DNA of 64,000 nt from a phage, in assembly GCA_016389475.1 (NCBI GenBank), contig GCA_016389475.1_3042.1; one strand, written 5' to 3'. The first letter of the stretch is position 1. The number at the start of each line of letters is the position of its first letter. A model generated the notes under the pieces. It saw nothing but the letters and a program-made list of their open reading frames with translations, was not told where the DNA came from and made no database searches. Position numbers and translations under genes: made by a program. Below, in pieces: positions 37,916 through 55,643 of the stretch.

Positions 37916-38209
37916 ATGTCAGGATTAAGTTATGATAAGTGTGTTACTGCTGGCCATGAAGCGTGGCCTCCAACAGTTGTGAATGCTACACAAAGTAAAG
38001 TATTCACTGGAGGAATTGCTGTTCTAGTAGCAGGCGATCCAATTACAGAACATACAGAAATTAAAAAGCCATATGAAACACATGGCGGAGTGACACAACC
38101 TAGAACTTCTAAGGTATATGTCACTGGAAAGAAAGCTGTTCAAATGGCTGATCCAATATCATGCGGTGATACTGTGGCTCAGGCATCATCTAAAGTATTC
38201 ATTAAATAG
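37916..38209 (+). CDS. 5.4: PAAR-repeat spike tip protein gp5.4
   Basis: 97 aa, [22 protein letters not shown]...; size and position as in T4. Confidence 0.85.
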
Positions 38210-38217
38210 GATTTAAA

Positions 38218-40200
38218 ATGGCAAATACCCCTGTAAATTATCAATTAACAAGAACAGCAAATGCTATTCCCGAGATATTCGTCGGGGGTACGTTTGCTGA
38301 AATAAAACAAAACCTCATTGAATGGCTTAATGGCCAAAATGAATTTTTGGATTATGATTTTGAAGGCTCAAGATTAAACGTTCTGTGTGACCTTTTGGCT
38401 TATAATACATTATATATTCAGCAGTTTGGTAATGCTGCTGTGTATGAAAGCTTCATGCGTACTGCTAACTTACGAAGTTCAGTTGTTCAAGCTGCACAAG
38501 ATAACGGATATTTACCTACTTCAAAATCCGCTGCGCAGACCGAAATTATGTTAACGTGTACAGACGCATTGAATAGAAATTACATTACTATTCCTCGCGG
38601 AACTCGCTTTTTAGCATATGCAAAAGATACTTCTGTTAATCCATATAACTTCGTTTCTACCGAAGACGTTATTGCTATTCGTGATAAAAATAACCAATAT
38701 TTTCCACGTTTAAAATTGGCCCAGGGACGTATAGTAAGAACTGAAATCATTTATGATAAATTAACACCTATTATCATTTATGATAAAAATATTGATAGAA
38801 ACCAAGTTAAGCTGTATGTTGATGGAGCAGAATGGATTAACTGGACAAGAAAGTCAATGGTCCATGCTGGTTCTACATCAACAATTTACTACATGCGTGA
38901 AACTATTGATGGAAACACTGAATTCTATTTTGGCGAAGGTGAAATTTCTGTTAATGCGGCAGAAGGAGCTCTAACTGCTAACTATATTGGAGGTCTTAAA
39001 CCTACCCAGAACTCTACTATTGTTATTGAGTACATCAGTACTAACGGTGCAGATGCGAATGGTGCAGTCGGATTTTCATACGCAGATACATTAACAAATA
39101 TAACTGTCATCAATATTAACGAAAATCCAAATGATGACCCAGATTTTGTTGGGGCCGATGGCGGTGGCGATCCAGAAGATATTGAGCGTATTCGCGAATT
39201 GGGTACTATTAAGCGCGAAACCCAGCAACGCTGCGTAACTGCGACCGACTATGATACATTCGTTTCAGAGAGATTTGGTTCTATTATTCAAGCTGTTCAG
39301 ACTTTCACTGATTCTACTAAACCTGGGTATGCATTTATTGCTGCTAAACCTAAATCAGGACTATATTTAACTACTGTGCAACGTGAAGATATTAAAAATT
39401 ATCTCAAAGACTATAATTTAGCGCCTATTACACCGTCAATTATTTCTCCTAATTATCTTTTTATTAAGACTAATTTAAAAGTCACATATGCTTTAAATAA
39501 ACTACAAGAATCCGAACAGTGGCTTGAAGGTCAAATAATTGATAAAATTGATCGCTATTATACCGAAGATGTAGAAATTTTTAACTCATCTTTTGCCAAG
39601 TCTAAGATGTTAACTTACGTAGATGATGCAGATCATTCTATCATTGGTTCATCAGCGACTATTCAAATTGTTCGTGAAGTACAAAACTTCTATAAAACGC
39701 CTGAAGCAGGTATTAAATACAATAATCAAATAAAAGATCGTTCTATGGAATCTAATACGTTTTCATTTAATTCTGGACGAAAGGTTGTAAATCCTGATAC
39801 TGGTTTAGAAGAAGATGTATTATATGACGTTCGTATAGTATCAACAGACCGAGATTCTAAAGGAATTGGTAAAGTTATTATTGGTCCATTTGTTTCTGGC
39901 GATGTTACAGAAAATGAAAACATTCAGCCGTATACGGGCAACGATTTTAACAAATTAGCAAATTCTGATGGACGCGACAAATACTATGTTATCGGTGAAA
40001 TAAATTATCCAGCTGACATGATTTATTGGAATATCGCTAAAATTAATTTAACATCTGAAAAATTTGAAGTTCAGACTATTGAATTATATTCTGACCCAAC
40101 CGATGATGTTATCTTTACTCGCGATGGTTCACTGATTGTATTTGAAAATGACTTACGTCCACAATACTTAACTATCGATTTGGAGCCTATATCACAATGA
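38218..40200 (+). CDS. 6: baseplate wedge protein gp6
   Basis: 660 aa as in T4. Confidence 0.9.
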   Translation: MANTPVNYQLTRTANAIPEIFVGGTFAEIKQNLIEWLNGQNEFLDYDFEGSRLNVLCDLLAYNTLYIQQFGNAAVYESFMRTANLRSSVVQAAQDNGYLPTSKSAAQTEIMLTCTDALNRNYITIPRGTRFLAYAKDTSVNPYNFVSTEDVIAIRDKNNQYFPRLKLAQGRIVRTEIIYDKLTPIIIYDKNIDRNQVKLYVDGAEWINWTRKSMVHAGSTSTIYYMRETIDGNTEFYFGEGEISVNAAEGALTANYIGGLKPTQNSTIVIEYISTNGADANGAVGFSYADTLTNITVININENPNDDPDFVGADGGGDPEDIERIRELGTIKRETQQRCVTATDYDTFVSERFGSIIQAVQTFTDSTKPGYAFIAAKPKSGLYLTTVQREDIKNYLKDYNLAPITPSIISPNYLFIKTNLKVTYALNKLQESEQWLEGQIIDKIDRYYTEDVEIFNSSFAKSKMLTYVDDADHSIIGSSATIQIVREVQNFYKTPEAGIKYNNQIKDRSMESNTFSFNSGRKVVNPDTGLEEDVLYDVRIVSTDRDSKGIGKVIIGPFVSGDVTENENIQPYTGNDFNKLANSDGRDKYYVIGEINYPADMIYWNIAKINLTSEKFEVQTIELYSDPTDDVIFTRDGSLIVFENDLRPQYLTIDLEPISQ

Positions 40201-43200
40201 CAGTAAAAGCACCTTCAGTCACTAGTCTCAGAATTTCCAAGTTATCCGCTAATCAGGTGCAAGTACGCTGGGATGACGTTGGTGCTAATTTCTACTACTT
40301 TGTAGAAATCGCTGAGACAAAATCAAACTCGGGAAAAAATCTCCCGAGTAATCAATATCGTTGGATTAATTTAGGATATACAGCAAATAATAGTTTCTTT
40401 TTTGATGATGCTGATCCACTGACATCATATGTTATTAGAGTAGCTACAGCTGCGCAAGATTTTGAGCAGTCTGATTGGATTTATACCGAAGAGTTTGAAA
40501 CTTTTGCTACAAATGCTTATACATTTCAAAACATGATTGAAATGCAATTAGCCAATAAATTCATTCAGGAAAAATTTACTCTTAATAATTCTGATTATGT
40601 TAATTTCAATAATGACACAATAATGGCTGCGTTGATGAATGAATCATTTCAGTTCAGCCCATCGTATGCTGATGTCTCATCAATCAGTAATTTTATTATT
40701 GGTGAAAACGAGTATCATGAAATACAAGGTTCTATTCAGCAAGTATGTAAGGATATTAACCGAGTTTATTTGATGGAATCAGAAGGGATTCTATATCTTT
40801 TTGAGCGTTATCAACCCGTAGTTAAAGTATCCAATGATAAAGGACAAACCTGGAAAGCTGTAAAGCTCTTCAATGACCGTGTAGGATATCCTTTATCTAA
40901 GACTGTATATTACCAATCTGCAAACACAACATACGTTCTAGGATACGATAAGATTTTCTATGGCCGTAAATCGACTGACGTTAGATGGTCAGCAGATGAT
41001 GTCAGATTCAGTTCACAGGATATAACATTTGCTAAATTAGGAGACCAACTTCATTTAGGATTCGATGTTGAAATCTTCGCTACTTATGCGACTTTACCAG
41101 CGAATGTATATCGTATAGCTGAAGCCATTACTTGTACGGATGATTATATCTATGTTGTTGCCAGAGATAAAGTTAGATATATAAAAACGAGTAATGCACC
41201 TATAGATTCTGACCCGTTATCACCAACATACTCGGAAAGACTTTTTGAACCTGATACAATGACTATAACTGGAAATCCTAAAGCTGTATGCTATAAAATG
41301 GATTCTATTGGTGATAAAGTTTTTGCTCTTATTATTGGTGAAGTTGAAACATTAAATGCTAATCCTAGAACATCAAAAATAATTGATTCCGCTGATAAAG
41401 GAATATATGTTTTAAATCATGACGAAAAAACATGGAAAAGAGTTTTTGGTAACACTGAAGAAGAAAGAAGACGTATTCAACCTGGATATGCGAATATGTC
41501 AACTGATGGTAAATTAGTTTCTCTGTCTTCGAGTAATTTTAAATTTTTAAGTGATAACATTGTTAATGACCTTGAAACTGCAGCGAAATATCAGTTAATC
41601 GGTGCTGTTAAATATGAATTTCCTCGCGAATGGTTAGCTGATAAACATTATCATATGATGGCATTTATAGCAGATGAAAAATCTGATTGGGAAACTTTTA
41701 CGCCTCAGCCGATGAAATACTATGCAGAACCATTCTTTAACTGGTCTAAAAAATCTAACACGCGCTGTTGGATAAACAACTCTGATAAAGCTGTTGTAGT
41801 TTATGCAGATTTGAAATACACCAAAGTTATTGAAAATATTCCAGAAACGTCACCAGATAGATTAGTGCATGAATACTGGGATGATGGCGATTGCACTATA
41901 GTAATGCCAAATGTTAAATTCACTGGATTTAAAAAATACGCATCAGGAATGCTTTTTTATAAATCTTCTGGTGAAATAATTTCTTATTATGATTTTAACT
42001 ATCGTGTGAGAGATACAGTAGAAATTATTTGGAAGCCGACTGAAGTATTTTTAAAAGCATTTTTACAAAACCAAGAGCGTGAAACTCCTTGGTCACCAGA
42101 AGAAGAACGTGGATTAGCTGACCCTGATTTAAGACCATTAATTGGCACAATGATGCCTGATTCTTATTTGTTACAAGATTCTAATTTTGAGGCATTTTGC
42201 GAAGCATATATTCAGTATCTTTCTGATGGATATGGAACTCAGTATAACAATTTACGAAATTTAATTCGTAACCAATATCCACGAGAAGAGCATGCGTGGG
42301 AATATTTATGGTCAGAAATATATAAAAGAAACATTTATTTAAATGCTGACAAACGCGATGCAGTTGCAAGATTCTTTGAATCACGTAGTTATGATTTTTA
42401 TTCTACTAAAGGAATTGAAGCATCATATAAATTTCTTTTTAAAGTTCTTTATAATGAAGAAGTTGAAATTGAAATTGAATCGGGAGCAGGTACTGAATAT
42501 GATGTAATCATTCAATCTGATTCTCTTACAGAAGATTTAGTAGGACAAACTATCTATACTGCAACTGGAAGATGTAATGTTACTTATATAGAAAGAAGTT
42601 ATTCTAATGGTAAATTGCAATGGACTGTGACTATACATAATCTTTTGGGGCGGTTAATAGCAGGACAAGAAGTTAAAGCAGAAAGACTTCCGGGCTTTGA
42701 AGGTGAAATTATTCGTGGGGTTAAAGGAAAAGATTTGCTTCAAAATAATATAGACTATATTAATAGAAGTAGATCATATTATGTAATGAAAATTAAATCC
42801 AATTTACCTTCTTCCCGCTGGAAATCTGACGTTATTCGTTTTGTTCACCCAGTAGGATTTGGATTTATAGCAATCACGCTTTTAACTATGTTTATTAATG
42901 TCGGTTTAACTCTTAAACACACAGAGACAATAATTAATAAATATAAAAACTATAAATGGGATTCTGGATTGCCTACTGAATATGCTGATAGAGTAGCTAA
43001 ATTGACTCCAACTGGTGAAATTGAGCATGATTCGGTAACAGGCGAAGCAATTTATGAGCCTGGCCCAATGGCTGGTGTAGAATATCCTCTTCCTGATGAC
43101 TATAATGCTGAAAATAACAATTCAATATTTCAAGGTCAATTGCCGTCTGAACGACGTAAATTAATGAGTCCTTTATTTGATGCATCTGGAACAACATTTG

Positions 43201-43295
43201 CGCAATTTAGAGATTTAGTTAATAAACGTCTAAAAGATAATATAGGAAATCCAAGAGACCCTGAAAATCCAACACAGGTTAAAATAGATGAATGA
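40197..43295 (+). CDS. 7: baseplate wedge protein gp7
   Basis: 1032 aa as in T4; ATGA overlap with gene 6. Confidence 0.9.
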   Translation: MTVKAPSVTSLRISKLSANQVQVRWDDVGANFYYFVEIAETKSNSGKNLPSNQYRWINLGYTANNSFFFDDADPLTSYVIRVATAAQDFEQSDWIYTEEFETFATNAYTFQNMIEMQLANKFIQEKFTLNNSDYVNFNNDTIMAALMNESFQFSPSYADVSSISNFIIGENEYHEIQGSIQQVCKDINRVYLMESEGILYLFERYQPVVKVSNDKGQTWKAVKLFNDRVGYPLSKTVYYQSANTTYVLGYDKIFYGRKSTDVRWSADDVRFSSQDITFAKLGDQLHLGFDVEIFATYATLPANVYRIAEAITCTDDYIYVVARDKVRYIKTSNAPIDSDPLSPTYSERLFEPDTMTITGNPKAVCYKMDSIGDKVFALIIGEVETLNANPRTSKIIDSADKGIYVLNHDEKTWKRVFGNTEEERRRIQPGYANMSTDGKLVSLSSSNFKFLSDNIVNDLETAAKYQLIGAVKYEFPREWLADKHYHMMAFIADEKSDWETFTPQPMKYYAEPFFNWSKKSNTRCWINNSDKAVVVYADLKYTKVIENIPETSPDRLVHEYWDDGDCTIVMPNVKFTGFKKYASGMLFYKSSGEIISYYDFNYRVRDTVEIIWKPTEVFLKAFLQNQERETPWSPEEERGLADPDLRPLIGTMMPDSYLLQDSNFEAFCEAYIQYLSDGYGTQYNNLRNLIRNQYPREEHAWEYLWSEIYKRNIYLNADKRDAVARFFESRSYDFYSTKGIEASYKFLFKVLYNEEVEIEIESGAGTEYDVIIQSDSLTEDLVGQTIYTATGRCNVTYIERSYSNGKLQWTVTIHNLLGRLIAGQEVKAERLPGFEGEIIRGVKGKDLLQNNIDYINRSRSYYVMKIKSNLPSSRWKSDVIRFVHPVGFGFIAITLLTMFINVGLTLKHTETIINKYKNYKWDSGLPTEYADRVAKLTPTGEIEHDSVTGEAIYEPGPMAGVEYPLPDDYNAENNNSIFQGQLPSERRKLMSPLFDASGTTFAQFRDLVNKRLKDNIGNPRDPENPTQVKIDE

Positions 43296-44292
43296 TTCAA
43301 GTGTTATCTATCGTGCGATAGTTACTTCAAAATTTAGAACAGAAAAAATGTTGAATTTTTATAATTCAATTGGAAGTGGTCCGGATAAAAACACTATCTT
43401 TATCACATTTGGAAGATCAGAACCGTGGTCATCAAATGAAAATGAGGTGGGCTTTGCCCCACCTTATCCTACCGATTCTGTATTAGGTGTAACTGACATG
43501 TGGACTCATATGATGGGAACAGTAAAAGTTCTTCCATCAATGCTTGATGCAGTTATTCCTCGTCGAGATTGGGGAGATACTAGATATCCGGATCCATACA
43601 CATTTAGAATTAACGATATTGTAGTGTGTAACTCAGCTCCTTACAACGCTACTGAATCAGGCGCGGGATGGTTAGTGTATCGCTGTTTAGATGTTCCTGA
43701 TACTGGAATGTGCTCAATAGCATCTTTAACTAATAAGGATGAATGCCTTAAGTTAGGTGGAAAATGGACTCCTTCTGCTAGGTCAATGACTCCTCCTGAA
43801 GGTCGAGGAGATGCTGAAGGAACAATTGAACCTGGGGATGGATATGTTTGGGAATATTTATTTGAGATTCCGCCTGATGTATCTATAAATAGATGTACGA
43901 ATGAATACATCGTGGTTCCTTGGCCTGAGGAATTAAAAGAAGACCCGACTAGATGGGGGTATGAAGATAATCTCACTTGGCAACAAGATGATTTTGGATT
44001 AATTTACCGTGTTAAGGCAAATACTATCCGTTTTAAAGCATATTTAGATTCAGTTTATTTTCCTGAAGCTGCATTGCCGGGAAATAAAGGATTTAGACAA
44101 ATATCAATAATTACGAATCCTCTTGAAGCTAAAGCTCATCCAAATGACCCAAATGTTAAAGCTGAAAAGGATTATTATGATCCGGAAGATTTAATGAGGC
44201 ATTCGGGCGAAATGATTTATATGGAAAATAGGCCACCTATTATTATGGCAATGGATCAGACAGAAGAAATCAATATTCTGTTTACATTTTAA
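43288..44292 (+). CDS. 8: baseplate wedge protein gp8
   Basis: 334 aa as in T4. Confidence 0.9.
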   Translation: MNDSSVIYRAIVTSKFRTEKMLNFYNSIGSGPDKNTIFITFGRSEPWSSNENEVGFAPPYPTDSVLGVTDMWTHMMGTVKVLPSMLDAVIPRRDWGDTRYPDPYTFRINDIVVCNSAPYNATESGAGWLVYRCLDVPDTGMCSIASLTNKDECLKLGGKWTPSARSMTPPEGRGDAEGTIEPGDGYVWEYLFEIPPDVSINRCTNEYIVVPWPEELKEDPTRWGYEDNLTWQQDDFGLIYRVKANTIRFKAYLDSVYFPEAALPGNKGFRQISIITNPLEAKAHPNDPNVKAEKDYYDPEDLMRHSGEMIYMENRPPIIMAMDQTEEINILFTF

Positions 44293-44297
44293 ATTAA

Positions 44298-44321
44298 GGG
44301 AGCCCATGGGCTCCCTTTTTC
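44298..44321 (+). terminator. rho-independent terminator after gene 8
   Basis: GGGAGCCC-at-GGGCTCCC hairpin followed by TTTTT. Confidence 0.7.
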
Positions 44322-44323
44322 TT

Positions 44324-44331
44324 TATAAATA
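44324..44331 (+). promoter_or_regulatory. late promoter TATAAATA for gene 9
   Basis: Exact TATAAATA 25 nt before the gene 9 ATG. Confidence 0.65.
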
Positions 44332-44355
44332 CTATAAACTCATAAGGAAACCGCT

Positions 44356-45222
44356 ATGTTCATTCAAGAACCAAAGAAATTGATTGATACCGGCGAAATT
44401 GGTAACGCTTCTACTGGTGATATCTTATTCGACGGTGGTAATAAAATTAATAGTGATTTTAACGCAATTTATAACGCGTTTGGCGATCAACGTAAAATGG
44501 CAGTAGCAAATGGCACTGGAGCAGATGGTCAAATTATCCATGCTACTGGATATTATCAAAAACACTCTATTGCAGAGTATGCAACTCCAGTAAAAGTTGG
44601 CACTAGGCATGATATTGATACCTCTACTGTAGGTGTTAAAGTTATCATTGAAAGAGGCGAACTTGGCGACTGCGTTGAATTTATTAACTCAAATGGATCA
44701 ATATCAGTTACTAATCCTTTAACGATTCAAGCTATTGATTCAATTAAAGGCGTTTCAGGTAATTTAGTAGTAACTAGTCCATATAGTAAAGTTACCTTAC
44801 GTTGTATTTCATCTGATAATTCTACGTCGGTTTGGAATTATTCTATTGAAAGTATGTTTGGTCAAAAGGAATCACCTGCTGAAGGTACATGGAATATTTC
44901 TACATCTGGATCAGTTGACATTCCACTATTTCATCGCACTGAATACAATATGGCTAAATTGCTAGTTACGTGCCAATCAGTAGATGGAAGAAAAATTAAA
45001 ACAGCAGAAATAAATATTCTTGTGGATACTGTTAATTCAGAAGTTATTTCTTCTGAGTATGCTGTCATGCGAGTTGGAAATGAAACAGAAGAAGACGAAA
45101 TCGCTAATATTGCATTTAGTATTAAAGAAAATTACGTAACGGCGACTATAAGTTCTTCAACTGTCGGCATGAGAGCAGCAGTTAAAGTTATCGCTACGCA
45201 GAAAATCGGGGTGGCTCAATAA
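44356..45222 (+). CDS. 9: baseplate protein gp9 (long tail fiber socket)
   Basis: 288 aa as in T4. Confidence 0.9.
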   Translation: MFIQEPKKLIDTGEIGNASTGDILFDGGNKINSDFNAIYNAFGDQRKMAVANGTGADGQIIHATGYYQKHSIAEYATPVKVGTRHDIDTSTVGVKVIIERGELGDCVEFINSNGSISVTNPLTIQAIDSIKGVSGNLVVTSPYSKVTLRCISSDNSTSVWNYSIESMFGQKESPAEGTWNISTSGSVDIPLFHRTEYNMAKLLVTCQSVDGRKIKTAEINILVDTVNSEVISSEYAVMRVGNETEEDEIANIAFSIKENYVTATISSSTVGMRAAVKVIATQKIGVAQ

Positions 45223-47027
45223 TGAAACAAAATATTAATATCGGTAATGTTGTAGATGATGGTACCGGTGACTACCTGCGTAAAGGTGGTATAAAAATAA
45301 ATGAAAACTTTGATGAGCTTTATTATGAACTTGGTGATGGTAATGTTCCATATTCAGCCGGTGCCTGGAAAACTTATAATGCTTCATCTGGGCAAACATT
45401 AAAAGCTGAATGGGGAAAATCATACGCTATTAATACTTCGTCTGGAAGAGTAACACTGCAACTTCCTAAAGGAACTGTTAATGATTATAATAAAGTAATT
45501 AGAGCTAGGGATGTATTTGCAACATGGAATGTTAATCCAGTTACTTTAGTAGCCGCTTCTGGTGATACTATCAAAGGTTCATCGTCATCGGTTGAAATTA
45601 ACGTTCAATTTAGTGATTTAGAGCTAGTTTATTGCGCTCCGGGTCGTTGGGAATATGTCAAAAATAAACAAATTGACAAAATTATTAGTTCAGACATTAG
45701 CAATGTAGCTCGTAAAGAATTTTTAGTCGAAGTTCAAGGACAAACAGACTTTTTAGATATTTTCCGTGGAACTAGTTATAATGTTAATAACATCAGAGTA
45801 AAACACCGCGGTAATGAATTGTATTACGGCGATGTTTTTAGCGAAAACAGTGACTTTGGCTCTCCAGGGGAAAATGAAGGAGAATTGGTTCCTCTTGATG
45901 GATTTAATATTAGATTAAGACAGCCTTGTAATATTGGTGACACTGTTCAAATTGAAACATTTATGGACGGTGTATCGCAGTGGAGAAGTTCATACACAAG
46001 ACGTCAAATAAAAGTATTAGATTCAAAATTAACATCAAAAACTTCTTTGGAAGGAAGTATTTACGTTACTGATTTATCGACAATGAAATCAATTCCATTC
46101 TCCGCATTTGGATTAATTCCAGGAGAACCTATTAATCCTAATTCTCTTGAAGTTCGTTTTAATGGAATTTTACAACAACAAGCTGGAACAGCCGGATATC
46201 CTCTGTTTTTATGTGAAGGCGCTAATTCAGATACACAAGAAGGATGTATATCTCTTGGTGGTGAATGGAAAGAATCAAACACAGATTATTCTATAGAATA
46301 TGAAGATGGAAAACCGATCAGTCTTTTATTTGATAGAAAATTTGAATCAGGTGATATAATCGTTATAACATGGTTCAATAATGATTTAGGAACTCTTTTG
46401 GAAAAAGATGACATCATTGAATTAACTGATGAACGCTATGTTAGCAAAGGATCATCTACTGAAGTTACTGGTGATGTAGCCTTAACTGATTTTGATAAAA
46501 TCGGTTGGCCAAATGTTGAAAAAGTTGATTCTTATACTAGAACATATAATTCAATATCATCTATTTTCGATAGCATTTATCCTGTAGGTTCAATTTATGA
46601 AAATGCTATAAATCCAAATAATCCGGTGACTTATATGGGATTTGGTTCATGGAAATTATTTGGTAAAGGACAAGTTTTAGTAGGATGGAATGATGATGTT
46701 ACGGATCCAAACTTTGCTTTAAACAATAATGATTTAGATTCTAGCGGAAATCCTTCACATACTGCCGGTGGAACAGTTGGAACAACATCAGTGACACTTG
46801 AGAACGCAAATCTTCCTGCGACTAAAACTGATGAAAAAGTTTTAATTGAAGATGAAAACGGATCAGTTATTATTGGAGGTTGCCAATATGACCCAGATGA
46901 AACTGGTCCTATATATACAAAATATCGTGAAGACTACGCAACAACAAACTCTTCACATACTCCTCCTGCTAATATTAGTAATATTCAACCGTCTATTACT
47001 GTATACCGTTGGATAAGGATTGCATAA
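45222..47027 (+). CDS. 10: baseplate wedge / short tail fiber attachment protein gp10
   Basis: 601 aa (T4 gp10 is about 602). Confidence 0.9.
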   Translation: MKQNINIGNVVDDGTGDYLRKGGIKINENFDELYYELGDGNVPYSAGAWKTYNASSGQTLKAEWGKSYAINTSSGRVTLQLPKGTVNDYNKVIRARDVFATWNVNPVTLVAASGDTIKGSSSSVEINVQFSDLELVYCAPGRWEYVKNKQIDKIISSDISNVARKEFLVEVQGQTDFLDIFRGTSYNVNNIRVKHRGNELYYGDVFSENSDFGSPGENEGELVPLDGFNIRLRQPCNIGDTVQIETFMDGVSQWRSSYTRRQIKVLDSKLTSKTSLEGSIYVTDLSTMKSIPFSAFGLIPGEPINPNSLEVRFNGILQQQAGTAGYPLFLCEGANSDTQEGCISLGGEWKESNTDYSIEYEDGKPISLLFDRKFESGDIIVITWFNNDLGTLLEKDDIIELTDERYVSKGSSTEVTGDVALTDFDKIGWPNVEKVDSYTRTYNSISSIFDSIYPVGSIYENAINPNNPVTYMGFGSWKLFGKGQVLVGWNDDVTDPNFALNNNDLDSSGNPSHTAGGTVGTTSVTLENANLPATKTDEKVLIEDENGSVIIGGCQYDPDETGPIYTKYREDYATTNSSHTPPANISNIQPSITVYRWIRIA

Positions 47028-47686
47028 TGAGTTTACTTAATAATAAAGCGGGAGTTATTTCCCGCTTAGCAGATTTTCTTGGTTTTAGAACTAAGAAAAA
47101 TGATATTTCGGTTATGAATAATCAGCCAGTAGGTGCTGTAACAATTTCACAAATAGCAAAAGGTTTTTATGACCCAAATGTAGAATCTGCTATCAATGAT
47201 GTTAGAAATATGGCAGAGCAACAGGTTGGAGCTGTATTAGTTAATATAAGTGGCGTATCTCCTACTGGCGTGCAGCAAACAGACTATTGGTCATTTGAAG
47301 GAACTGTTACTGATACTTCAGCCAAACCAGGTGACCCAGTTATTGTTAATATGTTTGGCATTCCTGTTAAAGCTACTAATGGAATGACTTCAATCGAATT
47401 TACCAGTGCCGTTAGAACAGCTCTGCAGGAAATGGTTGCAAAATTTATTGCAATTGATTCATTTGAAGACCATCCTACCATAGGAAATAAAATACAAGTT
47501 AAGTATTTAGATAACCAAGAACATATCTTAGAACAATACTCTGATAAAGGAATTACTTTCAAACAGGAAATAATTTCTCCTTCTAAACCTGGATACGGAA
47601 CTTGGCAATTATTAGGTGCGCAAACTGTTACGCTAGATAGTCACACCCAACCTACAGTATTTTATTATTTTGAGAGAATAGCATGA
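47027..47686 (+). CDS. 11: baseplate wedge protein gp11
   Basis: 219 aa from the ATG overlapping the gene 10 stop (TAATG). Confidence 0.85.
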   Translation: MSLLNNKAGVISRLADFLGFRTKKNDISVMNNQPVGAVTISQIAKGFYDPNVESAINDVRNMAEQQVGAVLVNISGVSPTGVQQTDYWSFEGTVTDTSAKPGDPVIVNMFGIPVKATNGMTSIEFTSAVRTALQEMVAKFIAIDSFEDHPTIGNKIQVKYLDNQEHILEQYSDKGITFKQEIISPSKPGYGTWQLLGAQTVTLDSHTQPTVFYYFERIA

Positions 47687-49233
47687 GTAACAATACATAT
47701 CAGCACGTATCAAATGAATCAAAATACGTTAAATTCGATCCTGTAGGATCGAATTTTCCTGACACTGTCACGACAGTGCAGTCTGCATTATCAAAAATAA
47801 GTAATATCGGCGTAAATGGTATTCCTGATGCAACTATGGAAGTTAAAGGAATAGCAATGATTGCGTCAGAGCAAGAGGTTTTAGATGGAACTAATAATTC
47901 TAAAATCGTTACACCAGCTACATTAGCAACAAGATTATTGTATCCAAATGCTACTGAAACTAAGTATGGTTTAACGCGCTATTCAACAAATGAAGAAACA
48001 TTAGAAGGCTCAGATAATAATTCATCAATAACGCCGCAAAAACTGAAATACCATACTGACGATGTGTTCCAAAATAGATATTCGTCTGAGTCATCAAACG
48101 GGGTTATTAAAATATCATCTACACCTGCAGCTTTAGCTGGTGTAGATGATACTACGGCAATGACTCCGCTAAAAACACAAAAACTTGCAATAAAATTAAT
48201 TTCGCAAATAGCTCCTTCAGAAGACACAGCATCAGAATCTGTTAGAGGCGTAGTTCAGTTATCAACTGTCGCTCAAACTCGTCAAGGAACTCTCCGCGAA
48301 GGATATGCAATTTCTCCGTATACCTTTATGAATTCTGTTGCAACACAAGAATATAAGGGTGTTATACGTTTAGGAACACAATCGGAAATTAACAGTAATT
48401 TGGGAGATGTTGCTGTAACAGGTGAAACATTAAATGGTCGAGGAGCTACCGGTTCTATGCGTGGGGTAGTAAAATTAACGACGCAAGCCGGTATTGCCCC
48501 TGAAGGTGATAGCTCTGGAGCATTAGCATGGAACGCAGATGTAATTAATACTCGCGGTGGACAAACTATTAATGGTTCTTTAAATTTAGATCATTTAACA
48601 GCAAATGGAATTTGGTCACGCGGCGGAATGTGGAAAAATGGCGATCAACCTGTTGCCACTGAAAGATATGCGTCCGAAAGGGTTCCAGTTGGAACTATTA
48701 TGATGTTTGCTGGAGATTCAGCTCCTCCTGGTTGGATTATGTGCCATGGTGGAACTGTGTCAGGAGATCAATATCCTGATTATAGAAACACAGTTGGAAC
48801 GAGATTTGGTGGCGATTGGAATAATCCTGGCATTCCTGATATGCGAGGTCTTTTCGTCAGAGGAGCTGGTACTGGTGGTCATATTTTAAATCAACGAGGG
48901 CAAGATGGTTACGGGAAGGATAGACTTGGTGTAGGATGTGACGGAATGCATGTTGGCGGGGTTCAAGCACAACAGATGTCATACCATAAACATGCTGGCG
49001 GTTGGGGAGAATACCAAAGACATGAAGCTCCATTTGGCGCGTCCGTTTATCAAGGATATCTTGGAACTAGAAAATATGCCGACTGGGATAATGCTTCATA
49101 CTTCACTAATGATGGATTTGAATTAGGTGGGCCGAGAGATGCCCTTGGTACACTTAATCGCGAAGGATTAATTGGTTATGAAACTAGACCATGGAATATA
49201 TCATTAAACTATATTATTAAAATTCATTACTAA
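47683..49233 (+). CDS. 12: short tail fiber protein gp12
   Basis: 516 aa; repetitive N-terminal segments; C-terminal receptor-binding region with HxH-like motifs. Confidence 0.9.
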   Translation: MSNNTYQHVSNESKYVKFDPVGSNFPDTVTTVQSALSKISNIGVNGIPDATMEVKGIAMIASEQEVLDGTNNSKIVTPATLATRLLYPNATETKYGLTRYSTNEETLEGSDNNSSITPQKLKYHTDDVFQNRYSSESSNGVIKISSTPAALAGVDDTTAMTPLKTQKLAIKLISQIAPSEDTASESVRGVVQLSTVAQTRQGTLREGYAISPYTFMNSVATQEYKGVIRLGTQSEINSNLGDVAVTGETLNGRGATGSMRGVVKLTTQAGIAPEGDSSGALAWNADVINTRGGQTINGSLNLDHLTANGIWSRGGMWKNGDQPVATERYASERVPVGTIMMFAGDSAPPGWIMCHGGTVSGDQYPDYRNTVGTRFGGDWNNPGIPDMRGLFVRGAGTGGHILNQRGQDGYGKDRLGVGCDGMHVGGVQAQQMSYHKHAGGWGEYQRHEAPFGASVYQGYLGTRKYADWDNASYFTNDGFELGGPRDALGTLNREGLIGYETRPWNISLNYIIKIHY

Positions 49234-49242
49234 GGATTACAA

Positions 49243-50700
49243 ATGATTGAATTAAAAGATTTACCTTTTGTTGATAGCGTTCCTGGCGAAGGTCAGGAAC
49301 GTATTTCATGGATTAAAAATGGTGAAGAAATACTAGGAGCTAGTACTAAGTATGGAAACGATGGATCAATGAATAGACCAACTGTGTCCGTATTTAAAAA
49401 TGTTGAGGTTCTTGATGAAAATATAGGAATTCTTAAAACTGCCGTTGAAACATCACAGGAAGATATTAAAACAATTCAAGGCATTTTGGATGTATCTGGA
49501 GATATCGAAGCACTATCACAGATTAGCGTTAATAAAAATGACATATCAAATTTAAAGACGCTTACGAATGAACACACTGATATATTAAATGGTACAAATA
49601 CTACGGTTGATAATATTCTTTCTGATATTGGTCCATTTAATTCGCAAGCAAATTCAGTTTATAGAACGATTAGAAATGATTTGTTATGGATTAAAAGGGA
49701 ATTAGGACAATATGCTGGGCAAGATATTAATGGTCTTCCTGTTGTAGGAAATAGCAGCACGGGGATGAAGCACCGTATCATTAATAATACAGATGCTATA
49801 ACTTCCCAAGGAATACGTCTAAGTGATTTGGAAGAAAAATTTATTGAATCTGATGTAGGTTCACTGACAATTGAAGTTGGAAATCTTAGACAAGAACTTG
49901 GACAAAGACCATCTTCATTTAGTGAAAGCATATATTCACGTGTGCATAATTTAGATCAATCACAGATTAATCTTAGTTCCGAAATTAAATCTATCAAAAC
50001 TTCTATTGGATATCCAGGAAATACTTCAATAATCACAGATGTCAATGTCAACAGTCAAGAAATTTCAGCTTTAAATGATGAACTAAATAAAAGTGGCGGC
50101 GTTAAACAGCGATTAACTGTTATTGAAACATCGATTGGTTCAGATGATATTCCTTCTAGTATTAAAGGTCAAATTAAAGATAATACCACTTCTATTGAAT
50201 CTTTAAATGGAATTGTAGGTGAAAACACCTCGTCCGGTTTAAGAGCTAACGTTTCATGGCTAAATCAGATAGTTGGAACTGATTCTAGCGGAGGTCAACC
50301 TTCTCCTCCGGGGTCTCTTTTAAATAGAGTTTCAACTGTTGAAACCTCTGTTAATAGACTTAACAATGATGTTCAAAACTTACAGGTTGAAATTGGTAAT
50401 AACAATTCCGGAATTAAAGGGCAAGTTGTAACACTAAATAAATTAGTAAATGGAACAAATCCGAATGGTTCAACTGTCGAAGAACGCGGATTGACTAATT
50501 CAATAAAAGCTAATGAGACTAACATTTCTTCAATTAATCAAGAGATTCGTAGTATTAAAGGTAATGTGTCCTCATTGCAGAGGGATGTCCAGACTTTACA
50601 AGAAGCTGGTTATATTCCTGAAGCTCCAAAAGATGGTCAAGCTTACGTTCGTAAAGACGGCGAATGGGTATTGCTTTCTACCTTTTTATCACCAGCATAA
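49243..50700 (+). CDS. wac: fibritin (whisker antigen control)
   Basis: 485-aa coiled-coil protein ending in the foldon [30 protein letters not shown]. Confidence 0.92.
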   Translation: MIELKDLPFVDSVPGEGQERISWIKNGEEILGASTKYGNDGSMNRPTVSVFKNVEVLDENIGILKTAVETSQEDIKTIQGILDVSGDIEALSQISVNKNDISNLKTLTNEHTDILNGTNTTVDNILSDIGPFNSQANSVYRTIRNDLLWIKRELGQYAGQDINGLPVVGNSSTGMKHRIINNTDAITSQGIRLSDLEEKFIESDVGSLTIEVGNLRQELGQRPSSFSESIYSRVHNLDQSQINLSSEIKSIKTSIGYPGNTSIITDVNVNSQEISALNDELNKSGGVKQRLTVIETSIGSDDIPSSIKGQIKDNTTSIESLNGIVGENTSSGLRANVSWLNQIVGTDSSGGQPSPPGSLLNRVSTVETSVNRLNNDVQNLQVEIGNNNSGIKGQVVTLNKLVNGTNPNGSTVEERGLTNSIKANETNISSINQEIRSIKGNVSSLQRDVQTLQEAGYIPEAPKDGQAYVRKDGEWVLLSTFLSPA

Positions 50701-50731
50701 CATGGGGCCGCAAGGCCCTAAAGGATTTTAA

Positions 50732-52433
<1,702 letters not shown>

Positions 52434-52474
52434 TAAATATTATAAACTAATTAAAGCCCAGATTAGGAGAAATC

Positions 52475-55615
<3,141 letters not shown>

Positions 55616-55643
55616 TATTAAAGCATATTAAAGAGGATTAAAA